A stretch of 64,000 bases of DNA, taken from assembly GCA_934254585.1 (NCBI GenBank), contig CAKQLF010000003.1, positions 39,371-103,370 of the forward strand, read 5' to 3'. The stretch is from an uncultured Alphaproteobacteria bacterium (lineage in GTDB: Bacteria > Pseudomonadota > Alphaproteobacteria > RF32 > CAG-239). The notes under the pieces are model-generated. The model made no database searches. It saw only the letters and a list, made by a program, of their open reading frames with translations, and was not told the origin of the DNA. Each line of letters starts with the position of its first letter. The stretch's first letter is position 1. The position numbers and the translations under genes are program-made. Below, piece after piece: positions 1 through 10,293 of this stretch.

Positions 1-735
1 CAAAATTGTCCGAGAAAATATGTCATTAACACTTTTGTTTAACAATTCATATTGCGGCATTTTTTTATACTTTTGCAGATTTTCACGCACACGGTCATAA
101 GTTACAACTGTGTCGTTTACAGAATAACCGGCCAAAGTTAAAATGGCGGCAATGGTGGTCAAGCTAAAATCCAAATGGAAGATAGAAACCAAACCAACCG
201 TAATAAACAAATCGTGGAACAATCCAACCAACGCGCCAACGGCAAATTTCCATTCAAAGCGGAACCAAATATACAAACTGATGGCTAACATCGCAAACAC
301 CGAAGCCAACACACCTGAAAGTTTTAGTTCATCACCAACTTGCGGACCAACCGATTCGATTCTTTCAAAAGTGAAATCATCTTCCAACATTTTCTTTATT
401 TGTTGCACGGCAACACGTTGGCTTTCTTCATCGGCATTGTTTGCTTGGGCTCTAATCATCAGCTCATCTTTAGAATCACCGAACGACTGCAGATTTAGCT
501 CGTCAAGCTTTAAGGTATCTAACTCCTCGCGAACTTTATCCACATCAACCGGACCATTTTTGCTTTTAACTTCAATAAGCACACCGCCGGAAAAATCAAT
601 TCCGTAGTTAAAGCCCCGAACGGCAATACTGGCAACAGAAAGCACAATCAGCAACGCTGTAAAGGCGTAAGCCCATTTGCGGAATCCCAAAAAGTCAATA
701 CTTGTATCTTTAATAATCCAACTAAATATTTTCAT
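1..735 (-). CDS. secF: Protein translocase subunit SecF (C-terminal end lies beyond the window edge)
   Basis: Absent from the ORF track because it is open at the window edge. My reverse-strand translation from ATG 735..733 reads MKIFSWIIKDTSIDFLGFRKWAYAFTALLIVLSVASIAVRGFNYGIDFSGG...YIWFRFEWKFAVGALVGLFHDLFITVGL. This is SecF-like and lies 19 nt downstream of secD. Confidence 0.85.
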   Translation of the reverse strand, partial: MKIFSWIIKDTSIDFLGFRKWAYAFTALLIVLSVASIAVRGFNYGIDFSGGVLIEVKSKNGPVDVDKVREELDTLKLDELNLQSFGDSKDELMIRAQANNADEESQRVAVQQIKKMLEDDFTFERIESVGPQVGDELKLSGVLASVFAMLAISLYIWFRFEWKFAVGALVGLFHDLFITVGLVSIFHLDFSLTTIAAILTLAGYSVNDTVVTYDRVRENLQKYKKMPQYELLNKSVNDIFSRTIL

Positions 736-754
736 TTTTCTTATCCTTTATTAC

Positions 755-2305
755 TCATAGTGGAAGTTTAGTCGGTTTAAATTTAGCCATCCACGCTTCG
801 ACCAATAAACGGCTAACCGTAACAGAGGTAAACATAGAGGTAATAATACCGATAATCAAAGTTACGGCAAACCCTCTAACCGGACCGCTGCCGAAATAGA
901 ACAGCACAAAACCTGCAACCATTGTGGTTAAGTTAGAATCGACAATAGTGCGATAAGCTTCGGTAAAGCCTAATGTAATTGCATCACGAATCGAGCGACC
1001 TTTGTTTACTTCTTCACGCATACGCTCAAAAATCAAGATGTTTGCATCAACGGCCATACCCATTGTCAAAATGATACCGGCAATACCAGGCAAGGTTAAG
1101 GTTGTGCCAATAAAGCTCATAATACCAAGCATTAAAACAATGTTCAGCAAAACGGTAATATCTACCATAACGCCAAACAAGCCATAGGCCAAAACCATAA
1201 ATATAACAACCGCAAGCAAACCAACCACCGACGCAACAACGCCATCGTGAATGGAATCTGCGCCCAAGCCTGCGCCGACAGTTCTTTCTTCAATCACCTC
1301 AAGCGGAGCCGGCAAAGCACCGGAACGTAGCAATAAAGCCAAGTCATTAGCGGTTTTAGTGGTGAAGTTTCCTGTAATAATTCCGCTTCCACCGGTGATA
1401 GGTCCCTGAATATTCGGTGCGGAAATAACCTCATTATCCAAAACAATTGCCAATCTTTCATTAATATGATTGCTGGTCACTTCACCGAACTGGCGGCCGC
1501 CCATTGTATTAAAGCGAAAACTTACAACCGGCATACCATCGGCAAACGAAACGCGGGCGTCAGTCAAATTTTCACCGCCGACAACCGGTTTTTTGATAAC
1601 AACATATTGTTCACCTTCCGAACCATTCATAATTCGAGAAGTTTTGCTGATTTTACCGCGTTTTGCTTGCGCCACACTGGTTGTTTCATCAACTAAATGG
1701 AACGACATTTTAGCGGTTTTACCCAAAAGAATTTTCACACTTTCCGGATTTTGCACCCCCGGAAGTTGTACCAAAATACGATCTGAACCTTGCCCTTGAA
1801 TTATCGGCTCTTTTGTTCCCAGTTCATCAATACGGCGACGCACAATGCTTATTGATTGGTCAATAACCCGATATTGAATGGCGGTAATGGCTTGTTTGCT
1901 GTAGGTAATTGTTACAACGCCTTCACCGTTTTCACTTTCAGAAACCTCGAGTCCTTCATCAAGTTTGCGAAAAGCTTCTTTTGCTTTGTCGCGGGCAGAA
2001 AAATCGGCAATTTTAACCACAACGCCTTTTTCCGAAGATTTCAAATCTTGATAACGAATTTTATGGTCGCGCAAAGATTTACGAACGGAATCTTCCAACG
2101 TTCCCATTTTATCTTTCATTACTTCATTCATTTTTACTTGCAATAACAAACTGGATCCGCCTTGCAAATCCAATCCCAAGCTGACCGGCTGCCACCATTT
2201 AGGCAAATTTTGCTGATTTGAAACAATGTTCGGAATCGCAAAAAATACCCCGACAAGGCAAATACCGATGATAATTAAAATTCTTTGCAGAGATAACTTA
2301 TACAT
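755..2305 (-). CDS. secD: Protein translocase subunit SecD
   Basis: 516 aa. N-terminal TM segment, LGLDLQGG motif, large periplasmic domain, and a C-terminal multi-TM block (GLGADSI...LTLPGIAGIILTMGMAVDANILIFERMREE). Sits between yajC and secF. Confidence 0.93.
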   Translation of the reverse strand: MYKLSLQRILIIIGICLVGVFFAIPNIVSNQQNLPKWWQPVSLGLDLQGGSSLLLQVKMNEVMKDKMGTLEDSVRKSLRDHKIRYQDLKSSEKGVVVKIADFSARDKAKEAFRKLDEGLEVSESENGEGVVTITYSKQAITAIQYRVIDQSISIVRRRIDELGTKEPIIQGQGSDRILVQLPGVQNPESVKILLGKTAKMSFHLVDETTSVAQAKRGKISKTSRIMNGSEGEQYVVIKKPVVGGENLTDARVSFADGMPVVSFRFNTMGGRQFGEVTSNHINERLAIVLDNEVISAPNIQGPITGGSGIITGNFTTKTANDLALLLRSGALPAPLEVIEERTVGAGLGADSIHDGVVASVVGLLAVVIFMVLAYGLFGVMVDITVLLNIVLMLGIMSFIGTTLTLPGIAGIILTMGMAVDANILIFERMREEVNKGRSIRDAITLGFTEAYRTIVDSNLTTMVAGFVLFYFGSGPVRGFAVTLIIGIITSMFTSVTVSRLLVEAWMAKFKPTKLPL

Positions 2306-2317
2306 CTGTTTTTCCTT

Positions 2318-2686
2318 TTATTTTTTTGTTTTAGCTTTAGTTTTAGCTTTAGTTTGTTTTGTTTCAACTTTTTCATTTTCAGGAGAAACAACACCGTTAA
2401 TAGTCATACGTTCAACCACAACATTAACGCCGGCAGCAATTTCCACCGTAACCTCAGAGTCGTTGAGTTTGGTTATTTTTCCATAAATTCCCCCGCTGGT
2501 CAAAACCCGATCACCAACTTTTAAGTTTTCAGCCATTGTGGCGTGTTCCTTAATTTTTTTTGTCTGCGGACGAATTAAAAAGAAATAGAAAATAATCAAA
2601 ATTAAACCGAGCTGCGTCAATGTCACAGCCATAGAACCGCTTTGCGCGCCAATTTCTCCGGCGGCAAAAGCATCACTAATCAGCAT
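2318..2686 (-). CDS. yajC: Preprotein translocase subunit YajC, with a Lys/Thr-rich tail
   Basis: 122 aa. Single TM followed by RPQTKKIKEH...LKVGDRVLTSGGIYGKI, the YajC signature. Lies immediately upstream of secD. Confidence 0.88.
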   Translation of the reverse strand: MLISDAFAAGEIGAQSGSMAVTLTQLGLILIIFYFFLIRPQTKKIKEHATMAENLKVGDRVLTSGGIYGKITKLNDSEVTVEIAAGVNVVVERMTINGVVSPENEKVETKQTKAKTKAKTKK

Positions 2687-2783
2687 ATTTTTCTCCTTTC
2701 ATAATAAATTATTGTTACATACTTACAACAATTTGTTGTCAGAAAAAACTAAAATTTCAAGTTATTAACGGAATTTTTATGCT

Positions 2784-3677
2784 TTAGGGGAGGTAAGGGC
2801 GCGGATTAACCGCTTTTTTACCTGAGCGCACTTCAAAGTGCAGCTGTGGCGTGGTCACGCTTCCGGAGCTACCTACCGTGGCTATTTTTTCTCCACGCGT
2901 CACCTTTTGACCTTTTTTCACAAACAAACGATCATTATGAGCATAAGCGGTTATCCAACCATCAGTGTGTTTAATCAAAATCAGGTTTCCAAACCCTTTG
3001 AGCTCATTTCCGGCATAGGCAATTGTTCCGCTGTCAGCTGCTTTTACATTTGTTCCCAACGCGGCTTTAATGTTTATTCCGTCATTTTTGCGGCCGCTGC
3101 CTAAATTGCCATAACCGGAAATTATTGTTCCTTTTACCGGCCAGTCAAACTTCGATTTGCGGGCTTTGGGGGCAACATAACTGTCTGTCACCGGAGCCGA
3201 TTTGACTTTGGAATAAGCAGTTTGCGGGGCAGAATATGTTTTCTTTGTCGCCGAGCTTTGGGCCGAAACTGTGGAGTTTTGAGTTGAAACACTTCCCACA
3301 GAGGCCGGCAAAACCAACCTGTCCCCCACATTTAAGGAATAAGGAGTTTGCAGATTATTTATTTTGCTGAGCGAGGTTATGTCAACATTATATTGCCGTG
3401 AAACACTATATAAAGTGTCGCCTCGCTGCACAGTGTGATATTGCTTTACGGGTAAGCGCAAACTTTGTCCCACCCGCAAAGTGTAGGGGGCGTGTAAATT
3501 GTTGGTGTTTATTAAATCTTTAAGCGGTACGCCGTAACGTCGTGAAATGCTATACAGCGTGTCGCCGCGTTGTACGGTAACCGAATTGCCCGAACCCCAG
3601 TTGCTCCAAATCCAACCTTGACCGGCGCATCCGCTAAGGCTCAAAAGTAAGACAGCTATTCCGATGATTTTTTTCAA
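2784..3677 (-). CDS. NlpD-like lipoprotein: two LysM repeats plus a degenerate LytM (M23) domain
   Basis: Lipobox LSLSGC. Two copies of VQRGDTLYS(I/V)SR.Y. M23-like C-terminus in which the metal ligands look substituted (NDGINI in place of HxxxD; QLHFEV in place of HxH), as in E. coli NlpD. Start codon is TTG and overlaps the upstream gene's stop codon (TTGA). Confidence 0.8.
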   Translation of the reverse strand: MKKIIGIAVLLLSLSGCAGQGWIWSNWGSGNSVTVQRGDTLYSISRRYGVPLKDLINTNNLHAPYTLRVGQSLRLPVKQYHTVQRGDTLYSVSRQYNVDITSLSKINNLQTPYSLNVGDRLVLPASVGSVSTQNSTVSAQSSATKKTYSAPQTAYSKVKSAPVTDSYVAPKARKSKFDWPVKGTIISGYGNLGSGRKNDGINIKAALGTNVKAADSGTIAYAGNELKGFGNLILIKHTDGWITAYAHNDRLFVKKGQKVTRGEKIATVGSSGSVTTPQLHFEVRSGKKAVNPRPYLP

Positions 3678-4729
3678 GGCCGGTTTCCTTTAACATCTTT
3701 TTTATCTCGTGTGCCGATACCATAACGATGGATAGCTAAACTATTGCTTAAATATTTACGGCTGCGCGACAGCATATTTTCGGCTTCATCGTTATTTTTG
3801 CGTCTTGCGTAATAGATGCAGAACATACCCGCATTGACCTTGTCAACATTCAGTTTTCGTATATTTGCGATTATTTTTTCCCACAGAATTTGCATTAGTT
3901 CAGAAATTTTATCATTAGAGAACTGTTCGGAAATAATGCCTATTTTAGTGTGTTCAAAACGGCCGATTTTAACATCTTTGCCGGTACATTCCACGCACGC
4001 GTCAGCGGCCAAGCGAAGCATTTTGTCGCCGGTGTCAAAGCTAAAACCTTTGTTAATGAAATTATAAATATCGGCAAGTTCTATCACAATTAATAACAAC
4101 GGACGATTATAGCGATTGCAAATTTTGACTCTCTCGTCCAGATATCTGTAAAAACTTTCGGCATTCAGAATTTCGCCAATCAGCGTATCTTGTTCCTGAA
4201 CTTGTTTCAGCTGTTTTTCCAAGCTGAGCTGCTGTTTAAGCGGATAGCCCCAAAAACTTATACCGCGACATTGCAGTAATTCATTCAAAATCGGGCGTGC
4301 TCGCAATAAAACCGGTATTTTGCTGCCGTCGGACTTTTGTAAAACCTGTTCGGAAGAGATAATCCGCTTTTTCTTTTTTAGTTGGCGAAAACATTCATCT
4401 ATCATTTCTCGATTTGCCGGAACATCTTTCAATAATGTGCCTAACACATTGTTTTCAATCAAATTTTCGCGCTTATAACCGCAATAGTTTAGTGTATCTC
4501 CGTTAATTTTGGTTATTTTATAATCTCTGTCAATATTAAATTTAAGGTAATACGTTTGCTTGAAATGCTTTTCTTCGGTTGTGGTTAAAATATTACTTTC
4601 TTGCACGAGTTCGGTCATTTCGTGCAGTTTAAAATGCAGTAAAATCACATAAAACAGCAATACCAAAATAAGTGCGCAAAGTCCGTAAATCATTTTTATT
4701 CCTTTTCTACTTCTTGCAAGTTTAACCAA
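3674..4729 (-). CDS. Membrane-anchored PAS domain protein with a degenerate GGDEF domain
   Basis: 351 aa. N-terminal TM, PAS-like segment (ITKINGDTLNYCGYKRENLIENNVLG). GGDEF-type fold (RYNRPLLLIVIELADIYNFINKGFSFDTGDKMLRLAA) but the signature position reads GRFEH rather than GGDEF. Confidence 0.65.
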   Translation of the reverse strand: MVKLARSRKGIKMIYGLCALILVLLFYVILLHFKLHEMTELVQESNILTTTEEKHFKQTYYLKFNIDRDYKITKINGDTLNYCGYKRENLIENNVLGTLLKDVPANREMIDECFRQLKKKKRIISSEQVLQKSDGSKIPVLLRARPILNELLQCRGISFWGYPLKQQLSLEKQLKQVQEQDTLIGEILNAESFYRYLDERVKICNRYNRPLLLIVIELADIYNFINKGFSFDTGDKMLRLAADACVECTGKDVKIGRFEHTKIGIISEQFSNDKISELMQILWEKIIANIRKLNVDKVNAGMFCIYYARRKNNDEAENMLSRSRKYLSNSLAIHRYGIGTRDKKDVKGNRP

Positions 4730-4780
4730 AATAAATAAATATTAGGTAAACAACTATTGATTTTTTTGCATATTTTGCGT

Positions 4781-6262
4781 ATGATGCAACAGTTTAAAAT
4801 AATGGATTGGTGGAAAAAAGTGGCGGAAAAACCGGAAATAGAAGACTTTAGCGGCAACAAATATAAATACGGCTTTGTTACCGATATTGAGGCAGACACC
4901 GCTCCAAAAGGTCTGAATGAAGACATTATCCGCTTGATTTCAGCTAAAAAAAACGAACCGGAATGGTTGTTGGAACGTCGTTTGAAAGCTTATAGGCACT
5001 GGCTGACAATGAGCGAACCGCAGTGGGCAAAATTGGTTTATGACAAAATAGATTATCAAAATTTGAGTTATTACGCCGCACCGGTGCAAAAAGCAAAGCC
5101 GCAAAGCCTGGATGAAGTGGATAAAAATCTTTTAGATACCTACAATCGTTTAGGGATTCCTTTAAAAGAACAAGAGATTTTAGCCGGCGTGGCTGTTGAT
5201 GCCGTGTTTGACAGCGTTTCCGTGGCCACCACCTATCGCGCCCGTTTGGCCGACAAAGGCATTATTTTTTGTTCAATTTCCGAAGCCGTTAAAGAATATC
5301 CGGATTTAGTGCAAAAATATTTAGGTTCGGTTGTTCCGTATACCGACAACTTTTTTGCCTGCTTGAATTCCGCAGTTTTTACCGATGGTTCGTTTGTTTA
5401 TATTCCCAAAGGCGTGACTTGTCCGATGGAACTTTCCACATATTTTCGGATTAACGCTAAAAACACCGGTCAATTTGAACGCACTTTAATTGTTGCCGAA
5501 GACGACAGTTATGTTTCATATCTGGAAGGTTGCACGGCTCCGCAACGTGATGAAAATCAACTTCACGCCGCCATTGTGGAAATTGTAGTATTAAACAATG
5601 CCGAGGTCAAATATTCTACTGTACAAAACTGGTATCCCGGAGATAAAGACGGCAAAGGCGGTGTTTATAATTTTGTGACAAAACGGGCGGCTTGCCGCGG
5701 TCGTAACGCCAAAATTTCGTGGACACAGGTTGAAACTGGTTCGGCCGTTACTTGGAAATATCCGTCTTGCGTGTTGGAAGGAGATAATTCCTGCGGCGAA
5801 TTTTATTCCGTGGCCATTACCAACAACCATCAGCAAGCCGATACCGGAACTAAAATGATTCATTTGGGTAAAAACACCAAATCTAAAATTATTTCCAAAG
5901 GAATTTCCGCCGGTTGTTCCAATCAAACTTATCGCGGCTTGGTGGCTGTTGCCAAAAACGCCGACAACGCCCGCAACTATTCACAATGTGATAGTTTGCT
6001 GATTGGGTCAACTTGCGGCTCGCACACCGTTCCGTATATTACCAATAAAAACAAATCAGCGGTTTTGGAACACGAAGCCACCACTTCCAAAATCAGCGAC
6101 GAACAGTTGTTTTATTGCCGGCAACGCGGCATCAGCGAAGAAGAAGCCATCGGCCTGATTGTTAATGGTTTCTGCAAGGAAGTTATGCAACACTTGCCTA
6201 TGGAATTTGCCATAGAAGCGGCTAAACTTATAAATATCAGCCTTGAAGGCGGAGTAGGATAG
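4781..6262 (+). CDS. sufB: Fe-S cluster assembly scaffold SufB
   Basis: [10 protein letters not shown] near the N-terminus, a long SufB/SufD beta-helix region, C-terminal [21 protein letters not shown]. Followed by sufC and sufD. The start is uncertain: the track ORF opens at 4757 and ATGs occur at 4781 and 4803. Confidence 0.9.
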   Translation: MMQQFKIMDWWKKVAEKPEIEDFSGNKYKYGFVTDIEADTAPKGLNEDIIRLISAKKNEPEWLLERRLKAYRHWLTMSEPQWAKLVYDKIDYQNLSYYAAPVQKAKPQSLDEVDKNLLDTYNRLGIPLKEQEILAGVAVDAVFDSVSVATTYRARLADKGIIFCSISEAVKEYPDLVQKYLGSVVPYTDNFFACLNSAVFTDGSFVYIPKGVTCPMELSTYFRINAKNTGQFERTLIVAEDDSYVSYLEGCTAPQRDENQLHAAIVEIVVLNNAEVKYSTVQNWYPGDKDGKGGVYNFVTKRAACRGRNAKISWTQVETGSAVTWKYPSCVLEGDNSCGEFYSVAITNNHQQADTGTKMIHLGKNTKSKIISKGISAGCSNQTYRGLVAVAKNADNARNYSQCDSLLIGSTCGSHTVPYITNKNKSAVLEHEATTSKISDEQLFYCRQRGISEEEAIGLIVNGFCKEVMQHLPMEFAIEAAKLINISLEGGVG

Positions 6263-6279
6263 ATAATAAAGGAAAAAAT

Positions 6280-7038
6280 ATGTCAGATATTTTGCTTGAA
6301 ATTAAAAATTTGTGCGCCCGTGTGCCGGAAAAAGAAATTGTCAAAAACTTAAATCTTTGCATAAACAAAGGTGAAGTACACGCTTTGATGGGACCGAACG
6401 GGGCGGGAAAATCCACTCTTTCTTATGTTTTGACCGGCAAACCAGATTATGAGGTAACTTCGGGCAGTGTGGTATTTAAGGGACAAAATTTATTGGATTT
6501 AAAACCGGAAGAGCGTTCTTGGCTCGGTCTGTTTTTGAGTATGCAGGCACCGGTTGCCATTAATGGCGTCAGCTGCAGCAGTTTTTTGAAACACGCTGTC
6601 AACGCCAAACGCAAGTTTCAGGGCCTAAACGAACTTGACGCGGCTGAGTTTTTGAAACTTTTGCGCACCAAAGCCAAAGAATTAAACATTAATGGTGAAA
6701 TGTTAAAGCGTGAAATGAATGTCGGTTTTTCCGGAGGGGAAAAGAAGCGTTTGGAGGCTTTGCAAATGAGCCTGTTGGAGCCGAGTTTAGCTATTTTAGA
6801 TGAAACGGATTCCGGATTGGATGTCGATGCCGTAAAAATAGTGGCGGAAAGTGTCAATAAGTTGCGGACTAAAGAAACGTCACTCTTGGTTATCACCCAT
6901 CACGTTAAACTTTTGACTTATCTGCAGCCTGATTTTGTACACGTTTACGCCGACGGACATATTGTTTGTTCCGGTGATATGTCTTTGGCGCAAGAAATAG
7001 AAAACAACGGCTACACTCCTTTTATAAAGGCGGCTTAA
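6280..7038 (+). CDS. sufC: Fe-S cluster assembly ATPase SufC
   Basis: Walker A GPNGAGKST, ABC signature FSGGEKKR, Walker B LAILDETDSGLD. AGGA-type RBS upstream. Confidence 0.95.
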   Translation: MSDILLEIKNLCARVPEKEIVKNLNLCINKGEVHALMGPNGAGKSTLSYVLTGKPDYEVTSGSVVFKGQNLLDLKPEERSWLGLFLSMQAPVAINGVSCSSFLKHAVNAKRKFQGLNELDAAEFLKLLRTKAKELNINGEMLKREMNVGFSGGEKKRLEALQMSLLEPSLAILDETDSGLDVDAVKIVAESVNKLRTKETSLLVITHHVKLLTYLQPDFVHVYADGHIVCSGDMSLAQEIENNGYTPFIKAA

Positions 7039-8298
7039 ATGAGTTTAACACAGCAAAATATAGAGCTTTGGGGTGATGATATTCCGTGGTTGGCCGGTCT
7101 GCGTGAAAAAGGTTTAAATGCTTTCAAAAAACTGGGCTTCCCTAAGGCTAAAACAGAGGCTTGGAAGTATTCTTATTTTAGTGAAACTGCGTTAGACGGG
7201 CTGACTATTGACAACAAGCCGCACGAGTGTGCTTGCAACGGCGATTGTCATTGCTCAAAAGTCGAAAAATTACCGTTTTCGGTTATAAATGTTTCGTTTT
7301 GCAACGGCAGAGCGGAGGTTGAACATCTTGAATTGCCGAAAGGTTTAATAGTTAAGACTTTAGCCGAAGCTATTTATGATAAAGAAGCGCGAAAATATCT
7401 TAATAAATCGTTTGATATGGAAAAATTTCCGTTTGCCGCGCTCAATACGGCATATTTGGAACAAGGTTTATTTATTGTGGCTGAAAAAAACGCTGTTCTT
7501 AATACCCCTCTTTTGCTTTCTTATCATTCGCACGGGCAGAATCTATGGCAAAACGTCCGCAATCTGATTGTTGTGGAAAATGGAGCCGAACTAACATTGC
7601 TTGAAGATTTCTTTGGCGCGGATAATTTCTATTTTAACAATATGGTTAATGAAATTTATATCGGAACTGGGGCGATACTTAAACATTACAAACGCGTGAA
7701 AGAATCTTCGGCAGCTGTGCATATTGCCTTAAACAGTGTAAATATTCGGCAAAACGGAAAATATACGGCGTTTTGCGCACAGGGCGAATGTAAGTTGGCC
7801 AGAAATGAAACAACGGTTTTGTTACAGCAAGAAGGTGCTGAGACTGATGTCAACGGAGCCTACCGCCTTTATAAAAACGGGCATTCCGACATCACGACAA
7901 ATATTAAACATTTGGCGGCGCACACAATTTCTAACCAATTGGTTAAAGGTGTTTTGGACGGCGCGAGCAAAGGTGTTTTTCAAGGACAAATTCACATAGC
8001 TCCCGATGCTCAGCAAACTGAGGGATATCAACTGCACCGCGCTTTGCTTTTGAGCGACGAGGCCGAAGTCGATTGCAAACCGGAATTGGAGATTTTTGCC
8101 GATGATGTAAAATGTTCGCACGGAGCAACCAGCGGAGATTTGGATAAAGAGCAAATCTTTTATATGCAAACCCGCGGTATATCTTTGGAAGATGCTCGGC
8201 AAATTTTAATTGCCGCTTACCTGAACGAAGCTTTCAGTAAAGTTGAAAACGAGACAATTCGCCGGTGGCTCAAAGCTCCGCTAATGCTGAAACACTAA
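7039..8298 (+). CDS. sufD: Fe-S cluster assembly protein SufD
   Basis: 419 aa. The ATG directly abuts the sufC stop codon (TAAATG). C-terminal SufB/D-family segment (CSHGATSGDLDKEQIFYMQTRGIS). Confidence 0.88.
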   Translation: MSLTQQNIELWGDDIPWLAGLREKGLNAFKKLGFPKAKTEAWKYSYFSETALDGLTIDNKPHECACNGDCHCSKVEKLPFSVINVSFCNGRAEVEHLELPKGLIVKTLAEAIYDKEARKYLNKSFDMEKFPFAALNTAYLEQGLFIVAEKNAVLNTPLLLSYHSHGQNLWQNVRNLIVVENGAELTLLEDFFGADNFYFNNMVNEIYIGTGAILKHYKRVKESSAAVHIALNSVNIRQNGKYTAFCAQGECKLARNETTVLLQQEGAETDVNGAYRLYKNGHSDITTNIKHLAAHTISNQLVKGVLDGASKGVFQGQIHIAPDAQQTEGYQLHRALLLSDEAEVDCKPELEIFADDVKCSHGATSGDLDKEQIFYMQTRGISLEDARQILIAAYLNEAFSKVENETIRRWLKAPLMLKH

Positions 8299-8311
8299 AA
8301 TATTTTGCGTT

Positions 8312-10189
8312 TTACTGTTTATTATATTCGGAGTTTAAGGAGTTTAACTCTTTAATTATTTCCGGATTTGTTATGGTTAAAATCTTATTTTTAACCACAC
8401 CGTTGTCTATTTTATTTTGAATTTCTTCACGGTTAATACTGTCGGCATCTTCTTTCAAGACTAATGCGTGCTGCCACTGGAATAAGGCCTCATTTTTGCG
8501 GCCGGCAAACCAATAGGCGTCACCGAGATGGTCGCAAATAACCGCATTTGCGGGATTCATATCAGCCGCTTCTTCCAAATAAGCTATGGCGTCGTTATAT
8601 TTTCCCAGTCTAAAGTGAACCCAACCCATACTGTCTATAATGTGCCCTTCGTAATAATATTGTTTGTAAGCTTCTAAAATCATTTGCACGGCAGCATCTG
8701 TGTTTTTGTCACTCATAAGATACATATATCCCAAATAATTCAAAACATTCGGGTTGCGGTTGCTGAGTTCCAAGGCTTTGTTCAAAGCCTCTTCAGCTTG
8801 TTTAAACTGATTGTTTTTATAATAACTTGCGCCAAGAGCGTAATAAATCGGCCAACTGTTGACATCTGGTTGTTTTTGTGTGGCCAAGGCTTGCTTATAT
8901 AATTTTATAGCTTCTTCTGTTTGGTTTGTTTCTCTTTCAATATCGGCCAAATTGTTTAGGAGCTGAGTATTTTCCGGATATTCTTTCAGAAGATTGCGCA
9001 ACAATTTTTCAGCAGTTTTGTAATCTTGGAGAGTGTTTAAATTCTCAATCATTTTAAGTTGAGCAATAAAATAAGAGCCGGAATCCTTATTGATTTGCGC
9101 ATAATGACGGTTGGCTTCTTTATAAAGTCCGTTTTCTTCTAAGATATTGGCTAAAGCGATTTGAGAAATTTCATAATCCGGATTCAAAAATGAGGAGGCC
9201 GAAATATAGATTTGGGCAAATTCGCTGCCGCCGTTGGAAACACGGAAAATTGTGCCGATGTTAAACAGTGCTTCGGCCAACCCTTTTTGCGGAGAGTCGA
9301 TGATAGCCGCCGATTCGGAAGTGGTGTTTTCCATCTGATTGTTGATGTTGGAAAGCAAAAAAGATAATGAGCTGTCATCACTGTAACGTTTATAAATTTG
9401 TTGAGCCATTTCTTTGTTGTCGTGGCGTGCATAAAAGTCGGTTATAATTTCTAACACCCGATAAGTTACCTCTCTGGGGTGATTTTTAATTATTTCGGCA
9501 TAACTTTCGGCCGCTTTTGTGGAATTTCCCAAATAATCATAAATCATTCCCTGATGAAAAAGTTTCAAAGTTTCAAGAGATTTATCTTTTTCTATTTTTT
9601 TCAAACTGTTAATGGCCGCTTTTTCATTTTTTTCACCGGCATAAGTCCAAGCCACAAAAAGCGGATTAATAATAGATTTATAAACATCTTGCTTATTTAA
9701 GAGGGTAATGGTTTTGCGGGATTTGGCATAATTTCCATCGCTAAAATCTTTAATGGCGACAATTAGCGGAGCCAAAGAATTTTTGTTGCCGCTGTCTATT
9801 TCTTTTTGTGCATAGGCGGCAGCGGCGTTCAAATCACCCAAAGAAGTTAAAATTACATAAGTATAACGAGTTATATCCGGATTTTTAGTGTCCTTTTCCA
9901 GAACTATTTTGTAATATTCGGCAGCCGTGTCAAAATCGTGACGCAAATGTGCAACCCGACCGGCTAAATAAGCTCCATAAAGAGAGTTTGAGCCATAATA
10001 AGCCATCTGACCATCTTTTTCCATTTTTACTCTGAATGTCGGAGTTATCCAATATCCGTCTTTGTCAAATACGGCGTGCAGAGAATTTTTATCGTCATTG
10101 TTAAAATCAAAAACATTCCGCGAACAGGCCAAAACGGCGGCAGAAATTAAAATTATGGCACAAACAGTCTTTTTCATAATATTTTTCAT
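8312..10189 (-). CDS. TPR-repeat lipoprotein
   Basis: 625 aa. Signal peptide with lipobox AVLAC. Many A-x-x-Y-Y/A-L-x-x-x-P style 34-residue repeats throughout. Confidence 0.75.
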   Translation of the reverse strand: MKNIMKKTVCAIILISAAVLACSRNVFDFNNDDKNSLHAVFDKDGYWITPTFRVKMEKDGQMAYYGSNSLYGAYLAGRVAHLRHDFDTAAEYYKIVLEKDTKNPDITRYTYVILTSLGDLNAAAAYAQKEIDSGNKNSLAPLIVAIKDFSDGNYAKSRKTITLLNKQDVYKSIINPLFVAWTYAGEKNEKAAINSLKKIEKDKSLETLKLFHQGMIYDYLGNSTKAAESYAEIIKNHPREVTYRVLEIITDFYARHDNKEMAQQIYKRYSDDSSLSFLLSNINNQMENTTSESAAIIDSPQKGLAEALFNIGTIFRVSNGGSEFAQIYISASSFLNPDYEISQIALANILEENGLYKEANRHYAQINKDSGSYFIAQLKMIENLNTLQDYKTAEKLLRNLLKEYPENTQLLNNLADIERETNQTEEAIKLYKQALATQKQPDVNSWPIYYALGASYYKNNQFKQAEEALNKALELSNRNPNVLNYLGYMYLMSDKNTDAAVQMILEAYKQYYYEGHIIDSMGWVHFRLGKYNDAIAYLEEAADMNPANAVICDHLGDAYWFAGRKNEALFQWQHALVLKEDADSINREEIQNKIDNGVVKNKILTITNPEIIKELNSLNSEYNKQ

Positions 10190-10293
10190 TACCTTTATTT
10201 CCTAAAACGCAATCCAGACACATTATATATATAATTTATTAGCAATGTGTAAAGACTCTTTCGGATATTGCAAAAAAAGTATTTTTGCTTATA

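Noticed and set aside
143-607. 154-aa plus-strand ORF at the start of the window
   Set aside because: It is low-complexity and lies antisense to a clearly SecF-like reading frame that continues off the window edge.
2326-2356. Short tandem repeat (TTAGCTTTAGTT-like) at the 3' end of yajC
   Set aside because: It simply encodes the Lys/Thr/Ala-rich tail (KAKTKAKTKK). This is a low-complexity coding repeat of no evident significance.
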